Below, piece by piece: positions 1-12,342 of a DNA stretch of 64,000 nt (the stretch's first letter is position 1; the number at the start of each line of letters is the position of its first letter). Position numbers and translations under genes: made by a program. Under the pieces are notes generated by a model. That model saw only the letters and a program-made list of their open reading frames with translations. It did no database searches and was not told where the DNA came from. The DNA is taken from the NCBI RefSeq assembly GCF_006345805.1, contig NC_043001.1, positions 103,416,001 to 103,480,000 of the forward strand, given 5' to 3'. Origin of the DNA: Octopus sinensis. Taxonomy: Eukaryota.

Positions 1-158
1 TGTTCTATTGTGTTCTTCACCATTGTTCCAAACTAAAATGTTCTCTAATTATTTATAACTTGTCACTGATGTTGTTAATCGATGGAAACATTTTTTTCCT
101 CAGCTCTGTGATGGAGATCGTCTGCTCACCTCTCTTTCATCTTGATTATACTCTAGAT

Positions 159-356
159 CAGTGGTTTTCAGCCGTTTTAATATTTGGACCAGAGCCAGAT
201 CCTAGATTTTTTTTAAGGGGTCACACCAAAAACAACTAAAACACAAATCAATTAAAGAAAAAATTGTTATATTTATAGAGGAAAGACTGTATAGGGTTGC
301 TTGAAGGATGCTTGAGGGCTGCACAAGGCCCTAGGGGCTGCCGTTCAGAACCATTG
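159..356. mobile_element. hAT-type MITE
   Basis: Ends CAGTGGTTTT...AGAACCATTG; 8-bp TSD ctctagat (151-158) / ctttagat (357-364). Confidence 0.75.
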
Positions 357-469
357 CTTTAGATATACAACTCTTCACAGATGAACCACAATGGCTTTGG
401 AAGCACTTTCATTACCATGTCCTATTTTTTTTTTAACCATGGGTCAGACTGGTTACCAGTAGGCCATTC

Positions 470-800
470 CTTTCTCTCTGTTGCTGCTATTCCTCTCTTT
501 TGTCAGTTTCAATCTCTTGAGACTAATCTTTGCAACTTCTCTCTATGCTTCTTCCTCTTCTTTAGGTTCCTTTCTTTCGGCATTTGGCACTTCTCATCTA
601 TTGTCATCATCCATGTGCCCTACACACGCCCATGCCAGTGCAATCTTTTCTCTTACCATTTATCTGATTCCTCTGGTGTTCAGCCTGACTCACATTATAA
701 CCCTTGTAAAGTATGCTCACTACATTTAGTAGAAGTCAAATTTAAATGCACCACTCCATTTGTGACCATTGCTCCTCATCTGTTATCATGCTACATTCCT
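470..800 (-). pseudogene. Degenerate RTE LINE ORF 3' fragment
   Basis: Minus strand gives broken LHWHGRV...RGR...SLKRLKLTKE, matching the C-terminus of the RTE at 48112-49008. Confidence 0.5.
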
Positions 801-1583
801 TCAAGACATGCCTCATACAATTTGCTCTTCACTTGCAGAATGAATCCCTTTCTTGGCAGCAGAGTTAAGAAATAACTCCTAGAATTGTTTCCATTCTGTT
901 GTTCTGGCTATTATGATTTCAGGATGTTAAGTTGATGATTTCGGTTAGTCTTTTCTCAAAGAATGGGACAGAATTAAGCTTTGTTGTTAGTGAAGATGAG
1001 CAATAATAACAGAAAAAAAAATTTCAACAAGTTGAAAAGGGCAAAGAATTTTTTGTTTGTGTTCCCCTGTTACTACTGGCAGATGATGCCTCTACACCAT
1101 GCAGGTGACAACCCTCCCTCCAACCCATGGATCTGTTTGGGGTAGTCGTTACTTATGAAGGTTTTATGAGGTCAGAGTGCAAATAACAGAAAAAAAAGAT
1201 TTCATGAAGTTGAAAAGGGCAAAGAATTTTTGTGTCTTGGGAATTCATGAACTGTTATTTGAAGATGGAAGCATTTCCAAGATGCTAAATCAGTTGTGTT
1301 GTATGGTTTTGAGTGTTAATGTTTTAAAGGGTATATTGAAAATTTGTTTTTTTTATAATGGCTGTTGTAGGAATCTATGCCTCAGTTTACAAGCCAAGAA
1401 AATTCAAATGTTTCTTTTAGGACAAATTGCCTCAGATATGGTACGTGCTAGTTAATTAAGTGATGACATTTACATCTGTCATATCATTAGTTAATACAGC
1501 AATATGCTACACTGCAAAAGAAGAGAATTAATGCTAGGCTATTGATTTGTAAGATATGAATCTCTTATGGGACACACCTTGGA

Positions 1584-2032
1584 ATCATCATCATCATCAC
1601 CGTTTAACGTCCGCTTTCCATGCTAGCATGGGTTGGATGATTTGACTGAGGACTGGTGAACCAGATGGCTGCACCACACCCCAATCTAATCTGGCGGAGT
1701 TTCTACAGCTGGATGCCCTTCCTAATGCCAACCACTCTGAGAGTGTAGTGGGTGCTTTTATGTGCCGTCGAACGAGGGCTAGTCAGGCGGTTCTGACAAC
1801 GGTCACACTCAAGTGGTGTTTTCTACATGCCACCTGCACAGGAGCCAGTCCAGCAGCACTGGCAATGACCTTGCTTGAATGTTTTTCATGTGCCAGTAAG
1901 GCAACGCTGGTAACGATCACATTTGAATGGTGCTTTTTAAGTGCCACCGGCACAGAAGCTAGTCAGCTGCTCTGGCAGCGGTCACGCTTGGATGGTGCTC
2001 TTAGCGCACCATTGGCACGGGTGCCAGTCATC
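1584..2032 (-). mobile_element. RTE LINE 3'-UTR copy with internal ~60-66 bp repeats
   Basis: (CAT)n-CGTTTAACGTCCGCTTTCCATGCTAGCATGGGTTGG...CTGGATGCCCTTCC, the same as the 3' end of the LINE at 47569. Confidence 0.85.
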
Positions 2033-2439
2033 AAATTTGCAAGGCTCAATAATGGGATCAAGAACAAAACAATTGTTAGAACCTCCAAACCATGGTCTGG
2101 ATAGTTATTAAGGTGGAGGTGGAAGCCCAACGTGTGAGATGTGAGTAGTTTTCTCTATGATTCAAGGTGGTGCAACAGATCTTTGTTGTGAATCTATTTT
2201 CCTACTTTTGTGTTCTTTGGTTCTTTCACTGTAACATGTGATGCATAAGGTTTGTAAAATATTAAGCTGCCTTTCATCTTTAAAGCAAGTCTTGTAGGCA
2301 CTACTTCAATTTTAAATGAACAGAATGGTTTGGCAATGAAATAATACAGCTTGGTCATTTTCCAAAGATGAGTTCTTCTACGTTCTTAGCCTTTTGTGCT
2401 TAGTGATTAAGATTAATTTTGATGGAAGATTTCAATTCA

Positions 2440-2645
2440 GACCTCTTTAGAATGGGAACTTTGTCACAGAACCCTGGGCAGTCTCAGACAGATGGATATC
2501 AAAATAATTAAACATTTGACTATGAACATCCTTCCTTTTGTTCAGCAAAGAGTACCTTGGAATACATTATCTAATGTGTCCTTTTCTAAGGAAGTGACGT
2601 GGGTTACAGAAATATATTTCCTGCAGGTTAAGTGACTCCCATGCA
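2440..2645. repeat. Unclassified dispersed repeat (second copy ~5345-5590)
   Basis: Both loci share GCAGTCTCAGACAGA...GCAAAGAGTACCTTGG...TCCTTTTCTAAGGAAGTGACGTGGGTTACAGAAA. Confidence 0.7.
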
Positions 2646-3205
2646 AAGTGAGGTCAGTGCCCCCAAATTAGCCTGAAACCACGTTCAGTGTCAGAAGGGC
2701 AGAATTGTGTTCCTGTTTTCTGCTCCGCCAGGGATGCAGACAGCATTGCAACTTTAGAAAATGCTACCAAAGAGGAATTACAGCAATTGTGTGATTTTTA
2801 TATCTCATCTATTGTTTAATTACAGGGTTCTTAATTTTTCTGATGTGGTTTATTTGCAATATTCCATTCCTTCTTTATCTAATCTCAGGTCTCTTAAAAG
2901 GAAAACACAAGCAACAGACAACTCATGGAAATAAATCTGTATCATGCCTTGTGTTACATTTATGGATCAGATTCAAATCAGAGTGATTCTTTTCTGTTGC
3001 CAACTATTTGTTAGGGTTCAGCCCCAAACCATCTTTCATCGAGCAGAAATAGAATTGTCTTTTTGCTAGACATAGCGTTCTTCTTTTTCTGACGGATGCT
3101 TGGCTGCTATTTCTAGCAGCTTGATGATAATGCAGCAGGCCCTTATAATGATATCACTTTCTCCATTTAAGTTTCGTAATAAAATCTGATTATATTAGTT
3201 TGAGT

Positions 3206-3450
3206 GGAGGCGCATGGCTTAGTAGTTAGGGAATTGGACTCATGATCATAAGATTGTGGTTTCAATTCCTGGACCGGGCGACACATTGTGTTCTTGAGCA
3301 AAACACTTTATTTCATGTTGCTCCAGTCCACTCAGCTGGCAAAAGTGAGTAATCCTGCAACTGACTGGCATCCCATCCAGGTGGGGAATTTCTATGCCAC
3401 TGAAACCGGGAAACCAGCCCTCAGGAACCTGGCATGGCTCAAGAAGATTT
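3206..3450 (+). mobile_element. tRNA-derived SINE, family C
   Basis: A box TGGCTTAGTAG, B box GTTTCAATTCC, then TTGAGCAAAACACTTTATTTCA; related copies at 27378-27717 and 44907-45100. Confidence 0.75.
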
Positions 3451-4176
3451 AGCAAAACCTGTCTTCTATAATTTCTAAGAAAATACCAATAGTTTTACAA
3501 TTCTTTCGTGGCAGAAAGTCACAAAGTCTTAGACTTGAATCCTCTTTGCACCTATGGAATCTCTTCTTTTTAAATCCGTAGAACTCTTCTGCTGAAGACT
3601 TCCATTCGAAGCTCTTATCCTCAAAACAGTTCTGATATAATTATTCATTCTTTCGTTTTTCATTCTATACAGACAGGTGATGGGAAAATAATAAAATAAA
3701 ACACAAACAAAATCTTCAAGGTAAGAAAGTCTTAGAGAAGTATCTGTCACTGACATATTTTCATACTTAGCTCTAAGGTTTGTATTCTTTAAGAATCTGT
3801 CGAAGCTCAATGCTTGTGCAGTAACCCAACCATATGCTTTAGCTGTTCTTGTTTGTCTCATTGATTTATTATTATTATTTTTCTTTTGTTTTGTTCTTTT
3901 GATTTAAACAGTTTTGTTTGACTGCTTGAAGTTTTACTGTTGAAAATGAAATATTTTGCATTTACTGCTCTGCAAGATGTTTAAATATCTATTTTTATTA
4001 GGTTTCTTATCCATGTTTCCACACTTGTTAATAGATCATATCAGTTTGTTTGACCACAGCTGTTACATTCTGTGTTAAAGGGCAGCATTCTCTGCTCCTC
4101 AACCATTTTGAGACAGAACCATTTGCAACAGAACAGTTTCAGACAGAACTCACAAATGTTTTTCTTTGTTTTAAAT

Positions 4177-4645
4177 ATCATCATCATCGTCATTTAACGT
4201 CCGCTTTCCATGCTAGCATGGGTTGGACGATTTGACTGAGGTCTGGCGAACCCGATGGCTGCACCAGACTCCAATCTGATCTGGCAGAGTTTCTACAGCT
4301 GGATGCCCTTCCTAACACCAACCACTCTGAGAGTGTAGTGGGTGCTTTTACGTGCCACTGGCACTAGGGCCAGTTTGGTGGTACTGGCAACGGCCACGCC
4401 CAAATGGTGCTTTTTATGTGCCACCTGCACTGGAGCCAGTCCAGCGGCACTGGCAATGACCTCGTTCAAATGTTTTTTCACGTGCCACCAGCACAAGTGC
4501 TAGTAAGGCGACGCAGGTAACGATCACGCCCGAATGGTGTTTTTAACGTGCCATCAGCATGGAGGCCAGCTTGTTGCTCTGGCAACAATCTCACTCGTAT
4601 GGTACTCTTAGCGTTCCACTAGCAACGGATGTCAGTCACCGAGTT
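4177..4645 (-). mobile_element. RTE LINE 3'-UTR copy with internal repeats
   Basis: Same layout as 1584-2032 and 26130-26580. Confidence 0.85.
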
Positions 4646-5741
4646 TGATTCCGACTCAACTCTAATTTTAAATGTTATGATAATTTTTTAAGTGAGGTGA
4701 ATTTCTTGTCTTTAATTAAGTTTGATTTTGGTAATTTAGTCAAATATTGTAATAGAGAACATATTTCTGAGAAATTGTAAACATCAAGTCTTGAATGAGG
4801 CAGGAATTTATAATTATCTTGCATCATAACATAATTTAATTCTAAATTATGTTTCTTACATTCTTACAGTTATACAATTTGGAATGGGCTGATAAAGAGC
4901 CTTTATATAGTTTTTTGGGGGGCAGCAGGAATAAACAGTCAAATCTCCCTCAAAGGACAACCATGCTTAAAAAAAATGGGATGTATGTAATTGATAATGT
5001 ATTTGTAGATAGACTTTGTCTGCAAAAAGATGTGATGCTCGTAGGTAGGACATCTCTGGGTCAGGGCTAACCTGAGCTGGAAAACGAGAATCAATTCAAT
5101 GAATGATGTTTCTGTGATTGACCAAAATCCAACTTTTCTAAGCGGCAGTATTTCTGACGGTTGCCACAGAACTCCTGATTATTGTTGCTTAACTCCAAAT
5201 CAGCTCCAGTTAATCTTTTTCTTATATTTCTGTTGAAATACAGGATTGTGTTTCAATTAATTTTGAAATTAATGAAGACTTTAGTGAAATAATTTCGTTA
5301 TTAATTGAGCTAATTGCTTGGAACATTAATTAACATAAAAGTTTTTCTGGAAGGTTTCAGTTTAGACCGTTTTAAAATGAGGAATTTGTATCCAAGAACC
5401 ACGAGCAGTCTCAGACAGATTGATATTAAAATAGTTAAGCAGATTTATGATCAAAACCATTCAACTGTGACCATTTCCCCCCTTTTTTATTCAAGCAAAG
5501 AGTACCTTGGACTACGTTATCTAATATGTCCTTTTCTAAGGAAGTGACGTGGGTTACAGAAAGATAATTCTAGCAGGTTAAATGATCCCATACATGATTC
5601 TCCATTTTTAGGGCCTTGATTTCCATCTCATTGATATATCTAATCCTGAGCTCTCCCAGAGAGAAACCAGTTCAAGTTTTGTAGATATAGATATGATGGT
5701 ATTCAATACCTGATATAGCACGCAAAATGTGACATAACATT

Positions 5742-5926
5742 GTTCTATATTTAAGAGATGAGGAATTATGTACATTATCTACATTATTTACACTATTTAC
5801 ATTTGACGGATATTTGTCCTCATCTTGTTTGTTGTTAACACTTTTCGGCTGATATACCCTCCAGCCTTCATCAGGTATCTTGGGGAAATTTCAAACCTGG
5901 GTTCTCATTCCTAAGGTATTTTTCGA

Positions 5927-5967
<41 letters not shown>

Positions 5968-6260
5968 TTGCTTCCTGGAATCGAACTCGGAATCTTGGGA
6001 TTAGTAGCCCATGCTCTTAACCACTATGCCATATGGCGTAGTGGTTAAGAGCGTGAGCTACTAACCCCAAGATTCCGAGTTTGATTCCAGGCAGTGACCT
6101 GAATAATAATAATAACATAGAAAAATACCTTATGAATGAGAACCCAGGTTCAAAATTTCCCCAAGATACCTGATGAAGACTGGAGGGCTTATCAGCCGAA
6201 ACGTGTTAGCAACAAACAAGATGAGGACAAATATCTGTCAAATGTAAATAATGTAAATAA
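5742..6260. mobile_element. Fold-back element family A: head-to-head tRNA-like heads with hammerhead-bearing tails
   Basis: Inverted repeat centred at GCCATATGGC (6032/6033); flanking direct repeats tgacataacatt / tgacataatatt. Confidence 0.85.
6165..6207 (+). ncRNA. Minimal type I hammerhead motif, degenerate (mirror copy 5836-5879 on minus)
   Basis: GATAC-CTGATGA-A-GACTG-loop-CAGCC-GAAA-CGTGTT; core intact, but stem III/stem I shortened relative to the family consensus. Confidence 0.55.
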
Positions 6261-6437
6261 TGACATAATATTGTTATGTAGGAGAGAATAAGTTATTTTA
6301 TGTTAACTATGATTTTCTGTGGTAAATTTGTGAAGTTGTTTAGTTATCTGTGTAATAATTATGTAATATTGCATCCTGTTAGAGCATCAGAGAAAATTCC
6401 AGAATTATGCTATGTTGTAAAATGACGTCTTATATGG

Positions 6438-6871
6438 AAATTACTATTTATAAATCTCACAATGTGAGATATTTAGCAACAGTACTTTGTAGTAAAGATT
6501 GTTTGCCAACATAACATGGCAGTCTTAGTTTAGGATGAATGTTGCTGTAATTTAGCCCTAGGAGATATCATCTCCTGCTGGCTATACGATACGATTTGTG
6601 TCCTAAAATTTTGAACAAGGGAATCTAGCACCCCCACCCAGCTCAAAACAAAATCTGTGTATTGCGATTTCCAGGTTATTTCCCTTCATCAGCACAGAAT
6701 AACTGTTTGGCTAGTGGTGGCACTGCCAAATTCCTGTTCGAAATATATAGTTTTCAAAGTGACAACTAGTCACTGATCTATAAATTAGAAAATTGCTATT
6801 TGTAAACCTCACAACGAGAGATATTCAGCAACAGTACTTTGGAGTGAAGACTGTTTGCCAACATAACATGC
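6438..6871 (-). mobile_element. Family B hammerhead-bearing partial tandem (non-LTR retrozyme/Penelope-like)
   Basis: ~80-bp terminal redundancy with period 352 (6441 vs 6793); 9-bp TSD CTTATATGG (6429-6437, 6872-6880); internal hammerhead. Confidence 0.7.
6654..6698 (-). ncRNA. Type I hammerhead motif
   Basis: Minus strand: TCTGTG-CTGATGA-AGGGAAATAACCTG-GAAA-TCGCA-ATA-CACAGA; perfect 6-bp stem I, AUA triplet, weak stem II. Confidence 0.65.
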
Positions 6872-7410
6872 CTTATATGGTCAGGTAATATACAAAGTGT
6901 GGGGTGCTTAACTAGCAGCTAGGAAGCTGATTGATAAAGAATAAAGTTCTAGAAGTTATGAAGTCATGTGACTGTTTAGAAGATTCTAGATTAATGCACG
7001 CATATATAAGGAGGGCCTAGTCTCTGTGTGCTGGCAAATACTAAGCAAAAGTCAGTCAGTGTGAAACCAATTAACAAAGAACCATGTTACATAAGACACT
7101 TAGTTGTGTATGATTCTTCTTCTCTGGGCAAGTTGGTTTGTTGGGCTGGTCTGCGGTTTCCCTGCCACTAACTTTTGCTGTTGGAACCATGTTGGTACAG
7201 AAGGGAGGCCGTATTTTGCAAGAATATAAACAGCTTCAACATGTGTCAAATATATGTGCTACAGTTGCAGTGTCACTGTCCAAATATCCCTGAAAAGTTA
7301 AGAATAGATAAATCTACAATATTCTCAGGAAATTGAGGATTGTAAGAAAAAAACTTTGTTTTAAATAAACATTACACAAATGCAGCCTATGTACTGCAGA
7401 AAAGAAGCTA

Positions 7411-7688
7411 TCTTTTACTTGTTTCAGTCATTAGACTGTGGCCACGCTGGAGCACCACCTTCAGGAATTTTAGTCAAATGAATCAACCCCCAGTGCTTTT
7501 TGTTTAAGTCTTGTACTTATTCTATTGGTCTCTTTTTGCCAAACTACTAAGTTACAGGGACATAAACACACTAATACTGGTTGCCAAGTGGTGGTGGGGG
7601 ACAAATGGACACAACACAAAAGACACACACACAATGGGCTTCTTTCAGTTTCCATCTACCAAATCCACTCACAAGGCTTTGGTCAGTA
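7411..7688 (-). mobile_element. tRNA-derived SINE family A, 5'-truncated
   Basis: TTTTACTTGTTTCAGTCA...GGAGCACC...TTTCAGTTTCCATCTACCAAATCCACTCACAAGGC. Confidence 0.8.
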
Positions 7689-9369
7689 TGAGGGCCAGTT
7701 AGGTGGTACTGGCATTGACCATGCTCAAATGGTGCTTTTTATATGCACGGGAGCCAGTCAGGCAGCACTGGCAAAGACCACACTTGAATGGTGCAGGGGA
7801 CCAGTCAGGTGGTACTGTCATTGACTATGCAAAAATAGTATCCAACAAAATAGTAATTCATCAGCTTCTTACACACACACACACACCTGAACAGTTAAAA
7901 ATGGGAAGTTGGTACCTGTATCGTGACAGTAGAGTGATATAACATTTCTTCTTTAAGAATACATTGGAAAGCTGAGTTTACAGAGCGGAGTTGCAAGGAG
8001 ATGAAATTTCCACTTGTCTCCGATATCCAAGTCATGTGGTGGATGCTGCCCTACCCCTGTTAGAGTGTAAGAAGTTAAGGGCCAAAACACTTGTCGAGGG
8101 TGGGTTTGTTCTCTGAAGACCTGCAGTTCAGCTCTCTTGAGATTCTCTTACCTCTGATACGCCAGAAACATTTACTTGGAATCTTTTTTTGTTGCCTTAT
8201 TTTGGAGGATTATGTTGAATGGAACCAAGCATAGAATAGAAATGTCAAACTGTCTCATTGGTTGACACAGAATAACAAGGAATGTTGTTGGCTAGCAATG
8301 TAATTGTGGTTTGAAAAAAGAATTTTGGTGGGGGAGTGACACTTCGTGGAAGAGCCAAAAATAATTTGTAGAATTGTATAGAAAGTATGAGTGCATAAAT
8401 GTGCGTAAGTGGAAACACAAACACACACACACACACACACACAAATGTGTAAAAAGTAACAATTATGTTGGCAATTGCATTTGTGCAAAAATAATTGTAA
8501 AAGGAAGTAACTTGTAGCAGTTAAGTGTATTTTGTACGTCTTTAAAATTGAAGATAAATAGTGAAAAAAAAAAAAAAAACAATTACAAAAAAAAAGGTAA
8601 TTTTACTCCAATTTTTGTGCATTTTGCTGCTTCTATCAGCCATTTGGAAAAAAAATAATTGCTTAGTATGAAGTTTGAAGCATGTCTGCAAAATTCTAAC
8701 ATTTCTGATCATTTACTGAATCTGTGGTCTTCTTGAAACAAAATAAATAATTTCTCATTTAACCAGAGCTTACAGTGAAGATTAGGGTTAGCATAAGTGG
8801 GGGTCAACCATAGAATTTTAAATGCCACAGATCCTTTTTCATTGTTTTAAATGTGTTTGGAGTTGTGGCTAATTTTTTTTCAGGATTCTTTAAATCTTTG
8901 CATATTGTACCCTGATATATTTAACCCTTTGACTTATTTCGGTTGTTATTGTCAAAATATTGAAACATTTCGTACTTTCAGAGCTTCTTCAGGTGCTTGG
9001 AATTTGTGCCAATGTTCTCAAAGTGTTCAACTGGAACCTTTATTAAATCTGGGTCTTTGGTTATTTTCATTCTGTTCTTCATACCTGTGATGTTCTTTTA
9101 TTATTCTCCTCCTTGAAGAGTTATTTGTTGGTTCCACTTGAGCTAAAATATATACTCTTTCGATTGACCCCAGGATTGAAGTCTTGCCTACTTCCTAACT
9201 GGCATTCTATTGATTACAATAACAAGAGTTCCAGGCCAAAGCTGCCCCAGGTGCCATTGTCTTTCAGCCATGGTTTCTACAGCTGGATGCCCTTCATAAT
9301 GCCAACCACTTTGCAAAGTATACTGGGTGCCTTCTATGTGGCACCATCACCAGTGCTTTTTGGGTATTA

Positions 9370-11535
9370 GAGGATGAAATATGAGTGACAAGAACATTGA
9401 CAGGGCAGGGCCCCTCATGGACAAGCATTACGAAGGTGGTAACTGGAATTTCCTAAACTACAATAGAATTTGGAAAAGATCATATATTGACAAAAACCAA
9501 CATCTCTTTCATCTCATGAAGATAAGGCACTTAAAGATATGAAAACAAGGAAAGCTCCTGGTTCATCAGGAATCACTACCGAGATGCTCAAAATATTTGG
9601 TATGGTAGGATACAGGCTAGTCACCTGCATAGTTAATTAGGTCATTCAGGAAGGTGTAATATCCAGTGACTGGAGTAGCAGCATAATTGTTTACTGCTAC
9701 AAAGTTAAAGGTGATGCATCAGATAGAAGCAATTATAGAGGCATCAAACTGCTGGAGCCGCTGATGAAAATTACAGAAAGAATTATAACCCAATTAATTA
9801 GGAACAGAACTAGGCTAGAAAAAAGTGCAGTGCAGCTTTTGCCTGGGGAGGGAGCACTACTGATGCTATTTTCATAGTCAGGTGACTGCTAAAGAAATAC
9901 TTAAGCAAGAATAAACCATTGTACCTGGCATTCATTGACCTAGAGAAAGCCTTTGATAGAGTACCCCCACTATGTGATATAGTGGGCTCTGAGGAGGCTA
10001 GGGATAGATGAGTGGCTGATGAAAACTGTGCAGGCCATGTACAGAGACACTGTCCATAAGGTGAGAGTTAACCATGAGTACAGTGAAGAATTTGGTGTAT
10101 AAAGCTCTGTTTTCAGTCCCCCACTTCATCATTGTCTTTCAAACCATAACAGAGTTCAAGATGGGAACTACTATGTGCTGATGCTCTGCCCTCATAGCAG
10201 ATTCTATATCAGAACTAATAGAGAAATTCTAGGTGTGGAAGCAAACCCTAGAATCTAAGGGTCTTATGGTTAACTTAGTAAGCAAGAAAACAAACAGGAC
10301 CCTACTGACTTCAGGTAGATGACCATCCTTGATTTGAAGGAAAGGTGTTGGCAGGAATTCCATAAAGTGCACCCAGTGTAAGCTATGGACAGACAAGAGG
10401 TGCAGTGGAATAACAGGAAGGTTATCAGAGAAAGTAGTGTTTGTCTGTGGAAGGTGCATGGAAACTATCGAAACTACAGATACTTGGGAAATGGATTTTC
10501 TCAAATGTCCTGGAGGTTCTTTGGAGGTAGTGGACAATTTCTGCCACCTAGGGAACCTAATTAGCTGTGGGGAGAGGCTGCACAGAAAGTGTAATCACTA
10601 GAAATAAGAATAGGATGGAGAAAATTTGAGAGAACTTTTACCTCTGTTGGCAACCAATGGTTTCTCTCTTTCTGAGTGAAAGGAAGATTGTATGATGCGT
10701 GTATACAAACAGCAATGCTATGTGGTGGTAGTAAGATGTGGGCCCTGAATGCAGGGGACATGTGAAGGCTGGAGAGAAATGAAGTGAGTATGATCCACTG
10801 GATGTGCAATGTTGGTGTGTGACAGAGTGCTAGTGTATTGAAGGAAAAGTTGTGCAAGAGAGAGATGACTGTGCTGGTTTGGTTATGTGATGTGTATGGC
10901 TGTCTTAGATAGTTGCATACAGACATGCCAGTCACTTAACCCATTAAGTCTCAGGGTACTTAAATTTCTGAATATTACTTTTAAATTTTTACAGGTGATT
11001 GAAAATACGTTAAAATGAAAAAAATAATTATTAAAACTCCTTTACTTCAAGTAGAAATGAAAATACTCGGTGTCCTATAACTAAGACACTGAGACAATGT
11101 GATATAGCTTATTCAATGTTCTCATTTAGTGTCCTGTTTATAGGATAGCAGAAATTAATGGGTTAAAGTGGATGGAGCTTATGGAAGGAGACCCAGAAAG
11201 ACATGGGAGGAAGTATTGGAGGCCAGTCTTGAGGCACTGAGCCTTATGAAGGAGATGACTAAGGATCAAGATATCTGACACTGCTCAATAAGACCCGTTC
11301 ACCACAGCAGCAGTGTTAAGGCCACTGACCCCAGTGGGAAAGAGGATTAACCTGTGAGAGTCCTACGGTGGTGCCACATAAAAGCACACACTGTAAGGTG
11401 GTTGGTGTTAGGAAGGGCATCCAGCTATAGAAACCAAGCCAAATCAGACTGGAACACGGTGCTGCTCTCCTGCTTGCTGGCTCTGGTCAAACCATCCAAC
11501 CCATGCCAGCATGGACAAAGGACGTTAAAGGAGGT
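9370..11535 (+). pseudogene. Degenerate RTE LINE (RT to 3' end), interrupted by a MITE
   Basis: Broken frames resembling KDMKTRKAPG..GIT.EMLK, KPLYLAFIDLEKAFDRVP and GRLYDAC, followed by the RTE 3' tail. Confidence 0.8.
10940..11162. mobile_element. piggyBac-type MITE
   Basis: TTAA|CCCATTAA...TTAATGGG|TTAA; removing it restores RTE coding (CQSLKVDGAYGR). Confidence 0.85.
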
Positions 11536-12342
11536 TGAGGGAGATCTCATGTCTTTAAATGAAAGCATACATTTAACTCCATTTTATTATCTCACTTATG
11601 AATTAAATAGTTGACTTGATTTAATAAGATTCAACAAGTTTCTCTGAATGGCTATTGTTTGACCCTGTTCAGTCACGATTGAGCAGATTTGTGACATTTT
11701 CTTACATTATTGTTTTTAAGTAAGTATTGTCAGTTTGGTGATTGTAGTTAATGCTTGTAGAAAAATAGGTTACTATGTAATTTCTTTTTAATTTCCTTGT
11801 TTACTTAACCAATTATTTGCACAGTCATTTCATAGTTTTAAAAACCATTTTCTAAACTTTTTTTTCAAGAAGCCTATGAAATTGGTAAAGTTTTAAATGC
11901 TGTACACATTCAAATTAAACTGTACCATTCTTATGAAACTGAAGGTTACTGATATCAAACAGACTTCGTAGTTAGAAAACTGTTCATCAAACCATTTACC
12001 CTTTGATTACTGTGTAATGCAATGAAACAAAACTGCTGAAAAAAAAATATCTGAAATAAAATCTCACTAAATTTAATAATCCTTGATATTATTTTTAAAA
12101 TATTTTTATCACTCCTGCATTTATTTCTCTCCTACAATAAGACCCCCCTCCCCCCCAACTCCATGGACTATATTACTACAAACAGCCAGGATTGTTTGTC
12201 TTTCATTTCACACGTAATGTTTATTTAAAACTTCTTTGTTAAAAGAACCATGGCACACTTCTGAAAAGCAAACTAAATTTGTTGTCAAAATGTATTTACA
12301 ATATTTTGATCTTTCTTTTAAATAGAGAGAATGAATGATATC

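Noticed and set aside
381-875. 164-aa ORF
   Set aside because: Antisense of a degenerate RTE end; no recognisable protein.
5960-6100. Functional tRNA genes (also the SINE heads at 3206, 13320, 27717, 29539, 39706)
   Set aside because: A/B boxes are present but there is no complete cloverleaf or acceptor stem, and each continues into repeat body.
8930-9110. Minus-strand CTGAAGA...GAAATGTTTC hammerhead-like motif, and CEPT1-like words on + (LEPLL, FYYSP)
   Set aside because: No stem I and poor stem II; the peptide words are in different frames with stops and no APN motif.
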